62,915 bases of DNA, filler included, from Octopus bimaculoides (GCF_001194135.2; 7 parts of 7 records of this genome joined end to end with filler, not necessarily neighbours in it), one strand, 5' to 3'; shown: positions 1-13,109, numbered from the whole stretch's first letter. A program made the numbers and translations. Notes: generated by a model not told the origin, from the letters alone.

Positions 1-20
1 TGTTGTTGTTGTTGTTGTTG

Positions 21-51
<31 letters not shown>

Positions 52-262
52 GAAGAAGGCAATGAGCTGGTAGAATTGTTAGCACATTTGACAAGATGCT
101 AAGCAGTATTTCTTCCAGCTCCTTATGTTCCGAGTTCAAATCCCACTGCTTCTCATCTTTTCGGAATTCTTCTTCATATTATCATTATTATTACTATAAA
201 ATACCTATCACAATGTGCTCTTTGGCTGGTCTATCATTACTATTATTATTATTACTATTATG

Positions 263-460
263 AAGGTGGTGAGCAGGCAGAATGGTCAGCATGCTGGGCA
301 AAATGCTTCGTGGCATTTTGTCTGAGTTCAAATTCAGCCATGGTTGACTTTTCCTTTCATCCTTTTGGCATCGATAAATTAAGCACCAGTGAAATATTGG
401 GGTCCATGTAATTGACTAGCCCCCTCTTCACAAATTTCAGGCCTTGTGCCATCAGCAGAA
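263..460 (+). mobile_element. tRNA-derived SINE, family M (Meta-domain-like core), CpG-decayed copy
   Basis: Matches the recurrent motif aaggtggtgagctggcagaa...gagttcaaattc...ttgactttgcctttcatcctttcggggtcgataaattaagtaccag, also seen at 42256-43100, 33050-33185, 19935-20135 (-) and 56795-57065 (-). Ends in an (ATT)n tail. Confidence 0.75.
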
Positions 461-463
461 GGG

Positions 464-499
<36 letters not shown>

Positions 500-1319
500 T
501 CCTTATTTCCTCTACACTCACTATTTTTGCCATCCTCTAACCCTAACAGAATATAGTGATGCTAATAAACATTCATGTTTACTAATATATTAGTGTCTTC
601 TGAAACACAGTGGTCTCCTCAGATGAATAGCTTTTTTGATTTTACATATGTAATGCCTATCTACTAGTTCTTTGGTTTTATTAGCTGTTTTTTAAAAATT
701 TTATTGAAGTACTTTTGAGGTTAATCACGAAGACATTTGGTGAGTCCATTCCAAGAGTTAGTTGACAGAATTTCATTGTGACAGAGACATAGTTGACAGT
801 AGTTTACAAGAACAACAGTTGGTACTGTAACACTTGACTGAATTATCAGCCTGACTAACCTTCACCTACAGATATATCTGGGGATAATAATACTGCTCTT
901 GACAGTGAATAAGGTTCATCTGAAACATGGTGGAATAATCCAAAGTGAGATAAGAACACAAGAAACTCATCAATAGAATTCAGTAAAATTTGAAAAATAA
1001 AACAGTGAAAAAACTTAATGATAAAGTATCAAAACCGTTGTCTATGTATCATATCATTGAAAGGCACAGTGCTGTCAATTGATAAACCAGCGTCCATTAA
1101 ATAGGCCCCAAAGTAGCAGACATTATATTGATGTAAATCTATAATTTAAGGCTGCAAATTTTGTTTGAATTTTCTAATTCAGAAAGGAAAATAATCATCA
1201 TGTTTTACTACTTACCTTTTTTTAAGAAAACATTTTATTGTTCAGCATTCATAACAGAATGACAAATATTTTTAATACAACAACAAACAGTCTGATGAAA
1301 AGAAATTAAAAATCAAATA

Positions 1320-1615
1320 TCAAGACTTAGACATAGACCTGTCATGAGCCCAAGGACTCATAAGACTAGAGTTTATCCCAGGCTCCATGGTGTACAAGTG
1401 ACTGAGATTACAACACTATTCCACTGAATGGGGATACCAGACCATTGCAGGGTTAACTTCCCAGCTACTGGTGGAACACATTTACAGCTGAATGAACTGG
1501 ATCAATGCAAAATGAAGGGTTTTTCTCAAAAATCACAATGCACTACCCAGTTCAGGAATCAAAACCACAATCTCATGACTGTGAGTGCAACACCCTAACC
1601 ACTAGGCCATATGCT
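1320..1615 (-). mobile_element. tRNA-derived SINE, family C (decayed)
   Basis: Reverse strand begins tggcctagtggttagggtgttgcactcac...gattgtggttttgattcctgaac (A/B-box-like). Same family as 7855-8060, 8655-8940, 31665-31980 and 54570-54885. Confidence 0.65.
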
Positions 1616-1889
1616 GTCACAGAATAAAATAATGATGAATGCAGAGTTACATAATTGGACTGTTACCTAACATCTTATTGAACCCCCTAGTTCGAAACCG
1701 ATTGATAAGATCAGCTGTAATGGATATATAATACTATACACTTTGATTAACACACACACACACACACATATATATTCTTTATTATATGTTTCAGCTTATA
1801 CACACACACACAGTATGTCCATAGTTTACCTGCAACACATCTAGACAACACAAATTGTGGAAGTTGTAAATATAATTTATGAACACTCA

Positions 1890-1933
<44 letters not shown>

Positions 1934-2776
1934 NNNNNNNNNNNNNNNNNNNNNNNNNNNNNNNNNNNNNNNNNNNNNNNNNNNNNNNNNNNNNNNNNNN
2001 NNNNNNNNNNNNNNNNNNNNNNNNNNNNNNNNNNNNNNNNNNNNNNNNNNNNNNNNNNNNNNNNNNNNNNNNNNNNNNNNNNNNNNNNNNNNNNNNNNNN
2101 NNNNNNNNNNNNNNNNNNNNNNNNNNNNNNNNNNNNNNNNNNNNNNNNNNNNNNNNNNNNNNNNNNNNNNNNNNNNNNNNNNNNNNNNNNNNNNNNNNNN
2201 NNNNNNNNNNNNNNNNNNNNNNNNNNNNNNNNNNNNNNNNNNNNNNNNNNNNNNNNNNNNNNNNNNNNNNNNNNNNNNNNNNNNNNNNNNNNNNNNNNNN
2301 NNNNNNNNNNNNNNNNNNNNNNNNNNNNNNNNNNNNNNNNNNNNNNNNNNNNNNNNNNNNNNNNNNNNNNNNNNNNNNNNNNNNNNNNNNNNNNNNNNNN
2401 NNNNNNNNNNNNNNNNNNNNNNNNNNNNNNNNNNNNNNNNNNNNNNNNNNNNNNNNNNNNNNNNNNNNNNNNNNNNNNNNNNNNNNNNNNNNNNNNNNNN
2501 NNNNNNNNNNNNNNNNNNNNNNNNNNNNNNNNNNNNNNNNNNNNNNNNNNNNNNNNNNNNNNNNNNNNNNNNNNNNNNNNNNNNNNNNNNNNNNNNNNNN
2601 NNNNNNNNNNNNNNNNNNNNNNNNNNNNNNNNNNNNNNNNNNNNNNNNNNNNNNNNNNNNNNNNNNNNNNNNNNNNNNNNNNNNNNNNNNNNNNNNNNNN
2701 NNNNNNNNNNNNNNNNNNNNNNNNNNNNNNNNNNNNNNNNNNNNNNNNNNNNNNNNNNNNNNNNNNNNNNNNNNNN

Positions 2777-2809
<33 letters not shown>

Positions 2810-2983
2810 TTTAAGTTTGTTTACGGGAAATGTTTTGAATATGCATATAAAAGCTCCTATTCTATTATACTGGCAATAGCCTAATGATGCCAACTGGCGA
2901 TACCAGTTTTTTGGGGTCGCACTGAGCTGTGCCGATATAATGTAAGATAAATATAGTAATAATAATAATAATAATAATCCATG

Positions 2984-3117
2984 GATGGAATTCATAAATA
3001 TTTTAATGTATCACTACACATGCTTCCACAAATCACATATTTCTAAGATCTTAAGAAACATGTGATTTGTGGAAATGCATATAGTGATTAAATATCAAAA
3101 TATTTATAAATTCCATC
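2984..3117. repeat. 134-bp imperfect palindrome (hairpin, MITE-like)
   Basis: Left arm gatggaattcataaatatttt...atcacta...ttccacaaatcacatatttct pairs with right arm agaaacatgtgatttgtggaa...tagtgat...aaaatatttataaattccatc around a central aagatcttaa. Confidence 0.75.
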
Positions 3118-3317
3118 TAAGGATTATTATTATTACTATTATTACCATTTATATTGTTTTGTTTTAGCATTCAGAAAAGTAAAGTTGGTTGAAAAAGAAA
3201 ACCACAATAAGATGATTGTTCAATGAAATCATTAGACAGTTCTTCTTTGATGGGGATGAAGAATATACCATAACAAGAAGGAACCGAAGAAACTCATTGC
3301 TTTTTTTTTTTCCTTAC

Positions 3318-3447
3318 CTGAGTAAGCATATTCTGGAGAATGGACATTTACTACTACTGGGAATCCTGGGTATTTTGGTTGGTAGTAATGAACAACTATA
3401 TGATTTTTGTCTGGTGTGCGAACAACTCCAGTGACATCAATGGTTGG
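3318..3447 (-). CDS. LAMA3/5: Laminin alpha 3/5-type chain, exon 12 of 12 in window (phase 0 to 1): PTIDVTGVVRTPDKNHIVVHYYQPKYPGFPVVVNVHSPEYAYS(G)
   Basis: ttgtag acceptor and gtaagg donor. The VHYYQP motif is typical of alpha3B/alpha5/LanA domain IVb. In frame with the previous exon. Confidence 0.9.
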
Positions 3448-4303
3448 CTACAATAAAATGAAACATTTTTTTAAACATTATCATTACAGTAAATCCTATA
3501 TTATTATGTCTTGGTTATGCAGAGGCAGAAGCAAATCATCACCGTTGTTGTTGTCATCATCATTATCGTCATCCTTGTCATCATAACTATCAACATCATT
3601 GTCAATGTTGCTGTCATCTTCATCATCCTATTCATCATTGTCAACTTCGTCTTCATCTGTCGTCATCACTCTCATCATTGTTCCCATCATTATTGTCATC
3701 ATCACCATCAATTTTACATCAGTTCAGTGTTTCTCCACATATTTCAACTTAGGCACCATAGAATGAGTGAGGACCAACATTCATAGATCTAACATTACCT
3801 TTACCCCCTCTCCAATATTACTTTGGTGACCTCATCCATTGTCCAGTAAAATTGTTTGTGTCATACAAAATGCCTTGTTGTATTTGTACTGACTATATTC
3901 TGAGCTCAAATGTTATCAAGGTCAACTCTGTCATTCATCCCTCTAAAGTTGATAAAATAAAGAACCAGTCAAGTACTGGGAATGGATTTAATTAATTAAT
4001 CCCAGCCCTTGTCAAACTGTCCAATCCATGCCAGCATGGAATTCGAACAGTAATGACGATGCTGGTGATTTCAGTTAACAAGAGAATCTTTATGCAACCT
4101 GCCAAATATCCTTTGAATCACATACTGCTGTCTTAAAAACAAAATAAAGAAGCATACATTGAATAATGTAGTCCTGGATACATGATGTCAGAAAAAAGGA
4201 TGGTCAAGTCCAATGAGTTTGTACCGTGCTGTGGCAGCAGCAGCAACAACAACAACAGCAACTACAACAACAACAAAAAATATTTATACGCAAGAATATT
4301 CAC

Positions 4304-4448
4304 CATTTTTTCATCAAGTTTAACAAGTCCAGCAGAAGTATCTTTGATACCATCTGGGAGTTCATTGGTTCTATGGTGACTGTTTACTCCACTCTCTGCT
4401 TCAATCTTGATAGAACCGGAAACTGTTTGGTGTTTCACAGTTCTACAG
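4304..4448 (-). CDS. LAMA3/5: Laminin alpha 3/5 exon 11 (phase 2 to 0): CRTVKHQTVSGSIKIEAESGVNSHHRTNELPDGIKDTSAGLVKLDEKM
   Basis: ttgtag acceptor and gtgaat donor. 145 nt; the phase fits both neighbours. Confidence 0.85.
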
Positions 4449-4761
4449 CTACAATAAACAAAATATTAACAAATGAAATGATTGTAAAGAATTTGTAGTG
4501 AGGCTTTGTCATATTTAAACCATTTTGCTTGGATTCTCAGTTATGATCCATGGCTTGCTCATATAGCTATAAAGGGTGATGAGCAAACCTTTGAGAAAAC
4601 ACACCCGCATGCACACACATTTAATTATAAACATGATTCTGTATATATAAATTCAAAATATTATAATAAAGATGAGTGTGTGTACTGGTGTTCAACAAGG
4701 TGTATGACTTGTTACTGTGTGTGGATATGTGTGTGTGAGCAAACTGAGAGAGAAAACTTAC

Positions 4762-4844
4762 GCTTTGTTCACACGAACACATTTAAGTCTGGGTTGTAGA
4801 AAACGTGTAGTCCATGCCTGTGCTGGAATTAGAGCTACTGATTC
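4762..4844 (-). CDS. LAMA3/5: Laminin alpha 3/5 exon 10 (phase 0 to 2): ESVALIPAQAWTTRFLQPRLKCVRVNK(A)
   Basis: tcacag acceptor and gtaagt donor. 83 nt; closes the frame between exons 9 and 11. Confidence 0.88.
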
Positions 4845-4869
4845 CTGTGAATAAATAATTAAATTTTGA

Positions 4870-4884
4870 TTATTAATAATGATG

Positions 4885-4937
<53 letters not shown>

Positions 4938-5140
4938 TGATTCTGGTTTTATTGGCCACAAGGGCTAATATAAATTAAAAACATGTAAGGACAAAGACAG
5001 GACGAAGGTTACAAAGAGTTTTGTCTGAAAAGAAAAACGTTCGTGTAAACAGTGGGAAAACAGAGAAAAATATAACAAATAAAACTCCCAATAGGGGGAG
5101 GCGCTTCTGAGGCCCAAACAATAATACCAGTGATATCAGT
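4870..5140 (-). mobile_element. Probable LINE 3' end with aataaa and an (ATT)n tail
   Basis: Reverse strand is a T/C-rich UTR-like tract ending ...cccttgtggccaataaaaccagaatca followed by a long (ATT)n run. The family is not identified. Confidence 0.4.
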
Positions 5141-5149
5141 GATGATAAT

Positions 5150-7010
5150 AATAATAATGAAAAGAGTGGGTGGAGTCTCCCCGAGTCTCCCCATGTCCTG
5201 ATTAATGATACATCTAGTGATGGTGTCACAATAAAAACACTGGTAATTGCGCAACCTGATAATCGCTACCTCATANNNNNNNNNNGTGATGGTGTCACAA
5301 TAAAAACACTGGTAATTGCGCAACCTGATAATCGCTACCTCATATGAGTGACAATGAAAAAACAAAATGTTGTGAATAACAGTGGTAATGAAACTGAATC
5401 CAATGATAGTGACAGTGTTACACCCGGTTGGCACAGAGATTCTGGACTGGCTCCAGCCCGTCAATATCCAGAAAGGGACCACCACACACGGCGTAGATGG
5501 AGCAAGCAAATTAATGCTGTGGTCATGGAGTGTTACTACCTGAGCAACCTGGTAGATGAAAATGGTGCTCAAATTAGGGGTTACCAACAATGTATGTATG
5601 ATCATTGGAGAGAAAAGGGATAGTTTCAACTCACGGAACAGAGACTATGTGATCAAGCGCTAGAGCAATAAGAAAAAAAATCGTTGGTTCACAGTAGAGC
5701 TCGAAGCTATCAAAAGATAGGTCTTGGAAAATAGCAGCAGAGATAACGATGAAAATACGGTTCTTACTAATAAAAGTAATCTCATAGCACAGGAAAGGAG
5801 CTGTGGTAGTTTACTTGATGAGAGACATATAGATGATCTAAAAGAAGACAATAAAACTAATGGCGACATGACAGATGGACAAAAGGCAATCTACGACAGA
5901 ATGAAGGCAAAACAACAGGAGAATGATAGCGACATTATTTGCAACCTTAAAAAGGTTGACTGGTGGACGCTGAACCAAGAAACGAAAAATGTCAATGCTA
6001 TTCTGAAATACATCAGAACAAATAATATCACAGAAACAAATAATTTGATCAAGGCAGCAAGTATTGTTGAAGCAGAAAATGTGGGTGTTGATATCAATAA
6101 AAAGAAATACAATGGGAGTGACAAAATAAAAAACCCATGATGGAAAAGAAGAATACAGGGAGGGTTAGATATGCTCTCGAAGGAAATTTCTGTGTTAGAC
6201 CAAAAATACAGGGCACTGAAAAAGAAGTATAATATTGAAAGAAAGGGCCTGAAAGTGGTAATGGAGGAACTGAAGCAGCACCTCATTGCAAAGAAAGCAA
6301 GGATGGTAAGATACAACCAAAGAATGATGGGTTACCTCCAGAATAGGTTATTCAGAGTAGATCAGAAGAGATTCTATAAAGAAATACATGGAGAATGTAC
6401 AGATGAAAAGTTGATACCAGATAACAATGAAAGTCAAAGGTTTTGGAGTGACATCTGGCGCAAAGACAAGGAATACAAGAAGGATGCTGAATGGTTGCAA
6501 GAATGAAACAAACAGTAGTCTGTCCAAAACAGGCAAAAATAGTCATTTCAGTTAGGGAAGTGAAGGAAATCAGCAAAAAGATGAGCAACTGGAAGGCCCC
6601 AGGACCAGATGGAGTTCAAGGCTACTGGATCAAAATATTTGGTGAATGTCATGCACGAAAAGCTGTGCAACTCAAGACCTTATTAAATGCCGACCAAGTA
6701 ATACCAGAGTGGTTGACATTGAGTAGGGCAGTGCTGTGCTAAAAAAACATCGAAAAAGGCAATACGGTAGACAATTACAGGCTGATATCCTGTCTGCCAC
6801 TCATGTGGAAATTATTGACTGGAATACTCGCAGAGTCAATGTACGAACATCTGGGAAAAAATGGAGTCCTACCACATGAGTAGAAGGGTTGCAATCGTAA
6901 GTGTAGAGGTACCAAGGATCAACTCCTGATAAACAAAACTGTACTTAGAGGCTGCAAGAGGAGGAAAAGTAACTTAGCCATGTCATGAATCGACCATTGT
7001 AAGGCATACG
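5150..7010 (+). mobile_element. Dong/R4-clade non-LTR retrotransposon, 5' part and N-terminal RT, degenerate and 3'-truncated
   Basis: Broken ORF pieces RRRWSKQINAVVMECYYLS, RYNQRMMGYLQNRLFRVDQKRFYKEI, WKAPGPDGVQGYWIK and [20 protein letters not shown]...[18 protein letters not shown]. Stops and frameshifts are present. Confidence 0.85.
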
Positions 7011-7463
7011 AATATGTGAGCCAAATGTGGCTGGTTGAAGTTCATCTGTCCATCTCATCCCATTCTGATTTTGTCACATCCCATTTCATCTCATCTGGGC
7101 AGCCATCCATCCATCTGCCTACAATGAGCTTCTTTCAGTTTCCATCTATTAAATATACACACTTGCTTAAAGTGCCACACTAAGTGGGACTGAACCTGAA
7201 ACCATGAAGTTGGGAAGCAAACTTCTTAACCAGTCATGCCTGTACCTCATTGATAGAGAAAAAAACAAACAATAGAAGTACAAAGGATTTATCTGTATAT
7301 GAAAGACATCAGCCTTGGGAAGTTTTAATATTCATGCCTTTGTAGCATAATTGAAACGAAAGAATTTTATCCATAAATTAGAAGCATAATAAATCTGGCT
7401 TTATCAGGGGCCAACACATTCCTCGTAAACATAATGAAATATTTATGAAAATAAATTACTCAC

Positions 7464-7575
7464 AACATAAATATGAACGTCCTTTCCTGTAATAAGGAAG
7501 TCTAAGAAGCGGGGGATCCTGAACACAGCTGGCTTTTTGTCTCTGTAGTTGGTGACTACCTGACGACACAGGGAA
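7464..7575 (-). CDS. LAMA3/5: Laminin alpha 3/5 exon 9 (phase 2 to 0): (S)SLCRQVVTNYRDKKPAVFRIPRFLDFLITGKDVHIYV
   Basis: ttgatag acceptor and gtgagt donor. 112 nt; joins CPY-S to SLCR, as in the laminin alpha C.YS.LCR motif. Confidence 0.88.
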
Positions 7576-8990
7576 CTATCAAAGACAAAAAGAAATGCAT
7601 CAACACCACTACTTCCTCATAATCATTTCAACACCATTTCTAGCATCTCTCAAAACACTTGTAAATGAAATTTTATGAATGGACCCTCTATATAGTTGAT
7701 CAACATGCTAGAAACAGTAGCCAAATCTCCTTCAAATTACACCTTACCATCTTGATAAGAGATCACTGTATCGCTATATTGAGCAGACTATCATCAGATG
7801 TTGTTGTACACACTGACCACAATGTGCTTCCTTGTATTGTTGTAGCTTTTGAATGATACTATCCTGCTGGCTAGCTGGGTAGGCCAACATTCCCTCTTAA
7901 CGGAACACAGCTTGTAGCAGGGATACCTATTTACAGCTGAGTGGACTGGAGCAACGAAAAATGAAATGTTTTTCTCAAGAACACAACATACCCACCTGGG
8001 AATTGAACCTAAATCTTGCAATTGTGAGTGCAACACCCTAACTACTAGGCCACAGACCTTCACAAGTGACAGACACAGTGGGTAATGTAGTGTTGGAAGT
8101 AAAATACCCAAGTAAAGGATAAGATTGCCATGGTTGGAACATATAAGATCATAGTGACTAAAGCCTTTGTGTCTGTGTGTGTGTGTAGTTATATGTGTGA
8201 GTTTCTCTGTGTGCGCATGTGTGTGTATATATATAGATGTGTGTGTGTATGTACACATACATATGTATATGTATATATCTGTGTGTGTCTATGTGTTTGT
8301 GTTGTGTTTCTTCTCCACCACCACTTAACAACCAGTGATGGTTTGTTTGCATCTCAGTAAACTAGCATTTCAGCAAAACAACTGATAGACTCAAAAATAA
8401 GTACTGGGATTGATCTGTTTGACTAAACTTTTGAAGGCAGTGCCCCAGCATGGCCACAGTCCAATGACTGAAACAAGTAAAAGAAAGGTAATGGCAAGTT
8501 GTGAGCAGACAGACCCCCATTCAAATATGAAGTAGACCTAGATACTTCCTTAAAAGATGATTGTGGTCCCAACTAGAATGTTTCTGATCATAAGCCTGTT
8601 AAATCAGAGTAAACCTTGGGCTAAACAAAAACACCAGCTCACACACACACCACAAATGGACATTACTGTCTCAAGTCCTAGATCTCATAGGCCCAGCAAA
8701 CCAGTTTCCATGGTGTATAAGTGATCAAGGTCACAACAATCTCTGTGAAAGGGCTGCCAGTCCACTGCAAGGTTATACATTTACATCTGAATGAACTGGA
8801 GCAACAGGAAACGAAGTGTTTTGCTCAAGAACAAAATGCATGACTTGGGTCAGGAATTGAAACCACAATCTTGTTATGTTAAGAGCACCAGTCTTGCAAT
8901 TATTAGAATAACATTCCTTAAGCACAAGGCTGTGTGCCTTCATACACACACACACAAGGAATTTTGTGAAGAAACAGGTGTGCCACTTAC

Positions 8991-9148
8991 CTGTATGGGC
9001 AGTAATAGGGTTTTACTTCTCCCACCTGATTGTCTGAACTGGTGACGGAAAGGGTTGGATGTTGCCGAGCCTCTGTTGGGTTGAAGTAATTGATTATCAG
9101 GTAATAATCTGCATAGTTGTTCACTCGGGCACTAAAACTTAAAGTGCT
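8991..9148 (-). CDS. LAMA3/5: Laminin alpha 3/5 exon 8 (phase 0 to 2): STLSFSARVNNYADYYLIINYFNPTEARQHPTLSVTSSDNQVGEVKPYYCPY
   Basis: Poly-T plus ccag acceptor and gtaagt donor. 158 nt. Confidence 0.9.
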
Positions 9149-9414
9149 CTGGAAAAAAAAAATACAAATAAGAATCAAGTTGACTCTCATACATAAAATA
9201 ACACAAAATCAAAAGAGATAAATAAGTGTATAAACTTAATTGTATAAATCAGGAAACATTCAGTGGAACATTATATATATGTATATATATATATATATAG
9301 CCTGATAGACCCTGCTATGTCAAGATGGACTTATATATTCTTCCTCTGCTCTCTCCCACTTGGTTTTAATATGTTGCCACATTTGTAATATGTCTTTTTT
9401 TCTACATTTTTTCG

Positions 9415-9503
9415 TGCAGCTGAAGATTGCTCTTCATATTGCATTTAAGGTAATGCTCACATTACTTAAATAAATTGAAGTAGCATGAAACGTGTGTACT
9501 GCA
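9415..9503 (+). ncRNA. Type-I hammerhead ribozyme motif (Penelope/retrozyme-like)
   Basis: Stem I TGCAG 9415-19 with CTGCA 9499-9503. Core CTGAAGA 9420-26. Long stem II TGCT-CTTCA with TGAAG-T-AGCA. GAAA 9487-90. Short stem III. GTA cleavage triplet 9496-98. Confidence 0.65.
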
Positions 9504-10554
9504 ATCACTTTTGAAATCCGTGTTGCTTATTATTTGATTTTAATCACCCATCCTTTTGGGATGTGATATTCGGGTGCCTTCGCATAAGTACCATATTCAA
9601 GCCTTGAATCTATATCTAAACCGTCTNNNNNNNNNNNNNNNNNNNNNNNNNNNNNNNNNNNNNNNNNNNNNNNNNNNNNNNNNNNNNNNNNNNNGTGTGT
9701 GTGTGTGTGTGTGTGTGTGCGCGTGTGTGTGTGTGTATGTAACATATATATAGATGTGTGTGGCATTTGAAACATCTGGAGGTGCTGGGCCACTAAGAGC
9801 AAAGTTCTTGTCATCATTGGCAGCTTGCATTACCGTGGTGTCAGGTGATGCCCATGATGGTGTGTGACTGCTCCAATGCCTTAGCCTCATCATCACCTGT
9901 AGTAATGCCACAAGGTAGTTTGACTTGCTTCAGTAAGCTCTATTAAACTTTGTAGTGCGCAACCAATTGAAGCATTTAGTGTTGAATTGATGTTTTTCTT
10001 TCTTTCTTTTTTTCTTCTTGTTTTCTTTCTTCACTCATGTTTGTGTATCCTTTGGTTTGGGATTTGTATTTTAATGTGACTTTGCATTATATATGTGTTA
10101 TATACATATGTGTTATGTATGTAATTGTTATCTCTGTTGATAATAAAAACAAATTTTTGTCAAACCAAAAAAATAAGATCTTGCATATGTTAAAATGTAA
10201 CATCACTTATAATTGTATCAATTAGATTATTTGATATTGTTATATACCACTGGTCACAATGCACTTTCTCACATTGTTGTAGCTTTTAATTGATGCTGTT
10301 CTGCTGGCCAGACAGGCAAGCCACCATTCCCCCACAGACTGGAGCAACATGAAATGAAGTGCTTTGTTCAAGAACACAATGGTCTTGGAATCAAAACTAT
10401 GATCACATGATTTTGAGTGCATCACCCTAACCACTAGGCCATGTGAGTTCAAAACAGAACAATATACAACAATAAAGATTAGCAGTTTTCTCTATTATCA
10501 TATGTGTTGGAGGATGAAGAACCATAACAGATGCGATACCATGAAACATGTCTA

Positions 10555-10753
10555 TGAGTGGGATGCTGAAAAGTTCCTGGCTTTAACAGTATCATGAAAG
10601 AACTGGTTGGAAGACCAACCTCCAAAGTTCTTTTACAGGGTTTAGAAAAACTGAAGGACTGCTGCAATAAGAGGAATATGTTGAATAAAATCATAATTAA
10701 CTGATTCTGTATTTTCTTTTACCCAATGCCAGGAACTTTTCAGCACCCCCTTC
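10555..10753. mobile_element. ~200-bp mariner-derived MITE
   Basis: Terminal inverted repeats ggatgctgaaaagttcctggc and gccaggaacttttcagcacccc with TA flanks. A further end fragment lies near 11002-11065. Confidence 0.7.
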
Positions 10754-11176
10754 TAATTTGTGTCTGTATGAGAAAATGGATGATGACAACAATGATAATT
10801 TTTTTACCTTTTTATTTGTTGAACTCATTGGATAGTGGTCGTGCTGGGGCACTCCCTTGAAGAGTTTAGGCAAACAAGTCTGGTACTTACTGTATCAATC
10901 TCTTTTGCCAAACTGGTAAGTTACAAGGATGTAAACAAACCAACACCAGTTATCAATTGGTGGGGGGGGAGAAACACAAATATAGATATACAAACATATA
11001 TGACGGGGTGCTGAAAAGTTCCTGGCTTTGGGTGGAAGAAAATACAGGAGGATCAGTTAATTATGATCTTCCAGTGTGTTAATTATGATTAACACACACA
11101 CACACCATTATATAGTTGACAAATTTACAAAGCAGTTGAAAGAGTCTCAGTCACCATTTCTCATGTTTTAACTTAC

Positions 11177-11345
11177 CTGAAGTTCACTGTGCATAAGGAG
11201 TAATTTGGGAACACCAAGTTCACTCAAAATGGTAGCATTGGACAAATGTTGCAATGGTTTTGGAAGGGTACTGGCAATGACTGACATATCTGCTGCCTTA
11301 ACAGTAAAATAATTCTTCAGAGAAGGATATTGGTAATGCTGGCAC
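11177..11345 (-). CDS. LAMA3/5: Laminin alpha 3/5 exon 7 (phase 2 to 0): (P)CQHYQYPSLKNYFTVKAADMSVIASTLPKPLQHLSNATILSELGVPKLLLMHSELQ
   Basis: tttacag acceptor and gtaagt donor. 169 nt. Confidence 0.88.
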
Positions 11346-12454
11346 CTGTAAAATAGTAACATGATGGTCACATGATATAATAATAAAAATCCTAATGACT
11401 AAGTTTTTATAGTAACAAGAAAAAAAGTAAGATACCCTCCTCCTTACTTATCATCCTTTAAAAACTTGTTTTTCATTATATTTGCCCTCTTACCTATCCC
11501 CTGTCTCTAACTTTCTCTCACTCTTCTCATTCTCCTGTCCCCACTCACTTTTACTCACCTTGTGTTTTATGAGTTCAGCCTGACACCTCTTCGCCACAAC
11601 ATAAATTTCTTTCCAACTCCAACCCAGCCAATCCTGTTCTCTCTTCCATAATGTGAGTAGTTATGAACCTCATTTGCACCAAGAATCCTGTTCTGTTATG
11701 GCCCATTCTCTCCCACTTTGACTCCTCATCCTATTGCATAAAACTGCCTCCCTCTCTACTGTAGTTCCATTCAGTCAGAGGAAATCTCAGTTCTGCAAAC
11801 TGTATGGTGACCTCACTAATGCTGGGGATATGGAAAAAAACATCCAGTATTCCCTGTAAAAGTGATTGGCATTAGGAAATGCATCCAATTGTAGAAACCA
11901 TGCCAAAGCAAACACTGGAGCATGATGCAGTTCTTGGACTCAGTGGATCCTGCCACTGTCCAACTCATGCTAGCATGGAAAATGGTTGGTTGATGATGAT
12001 GATAAAAACTACTTTGGGTTTCCTAATTTGGCAAAATATGACTGGTAGCAGTTAATTTACCAACATAAGAAGACTGAAAGTAAAACAAACTCTAGAACTA
12101 ATGAGAATGAAACCAAATACTAAAATTTCACGACATCACACCTGGTTCCAAGATACAAAATTGACCTTTATTTAAAATGTCTACATTTTCATTGTACCAA
12201 CCCCTCCTTTGTCATAATTTAATGAAGAATTTTCCAAATACCAGGTTAATAATTCTTTCTGCTATATCAAAAAGATGAAAGTAAAATTCATGTTGGCAGC
12301 ATTTGAACTCAGAATGTAAGAACAGTAGGATAATAATAGGAATTAAATATTTTACTAAACCCCTCTAAATTCTCGATCATTTACAAAATTAACTGAAATA
12401 ATACAAAGACAAAATATTTCATTGAAAACAGTTTTAAGAAAGTTTTAGACTTAC

Positions 12455-12549
12455 GGTTCATTATCCATTGGAATTCTGCATTGTCGAGATACTTGATGTT
12501 GTAACACTGTTGGTTCATAATATTGTTGAGGAATAAGCACAAAATAATC
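12455..12549 (-). CDS. LAMA3/5: Laminin alpha 3/5 exon 6 (phase 0 to 2): DYFVLIPQQYYEPTVLQHQVSRQCRIPMDNE(P)
   Basis: ctttag acceptor and gtaagt donor. The DY.VLIP..YYE..LQ..V...C motif is characteristic of alpha5/LanA. Confidence 0.93.
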
Positions 12550-13109
12550 CTAAAGAGATGATAAGAGAATATAACATCAGTGCTGAATGGAAGTGGAGTG
12601 AATGAGGGTGGACATAACATCAAATGTTGAATATGAGAGAGGTTGGTTATAGTGAACTACAAAGTTAAGGTAGAGAAAATAGCATGGTGTGTACACAAAC
12701 ACAACTAAGAAAAGAATCTCCTATACCTAATTAAGCAACACTTATGTACTACATATAAAAACTCATATTTTTAAGACACTCTTGTCAAAACACCAGTATT
12801 TTGAACATAACATGCGGCAATAAAAGAGGCATATATCTCTGTAGGCTTCACCTAAGCAACAACTAACAACTTCTAAAATCAAACTAACTGTCATGATGTT
12901 GCTGCAAATTGAGCCGTCCATTAATTTTAAGTCCCTAACTGTTAATACCGCATCAATATTACTTGTGTACAGCTTAAAGTCACCAACAAAAGACAAAGGT
13001 GTGAGTGACACATATAATTGCATGTTATCATTATCATAAGCAGCAGCACTGATATTTTACATCCACTTTCTATGTTTACATGGGTTAGAAAGGCTACCAC
13101 AATCTGAGT

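Noticed and set aside
9825-9897. Possible 63-nt phase-0 cassette exon in the laminin intron (VMMRLRHWSSHTPSWASPDTT)
   Set aside because: Weak acceptor and no laminin similarity; the flanking exons already join cleanly.
12763-13023. 86-aa minus-strand ORF as a laminin exon
   Set aside because: No laminin motifs, and exons 5 and 6 join in frame without it. It is more likely a decayed RT remnant.
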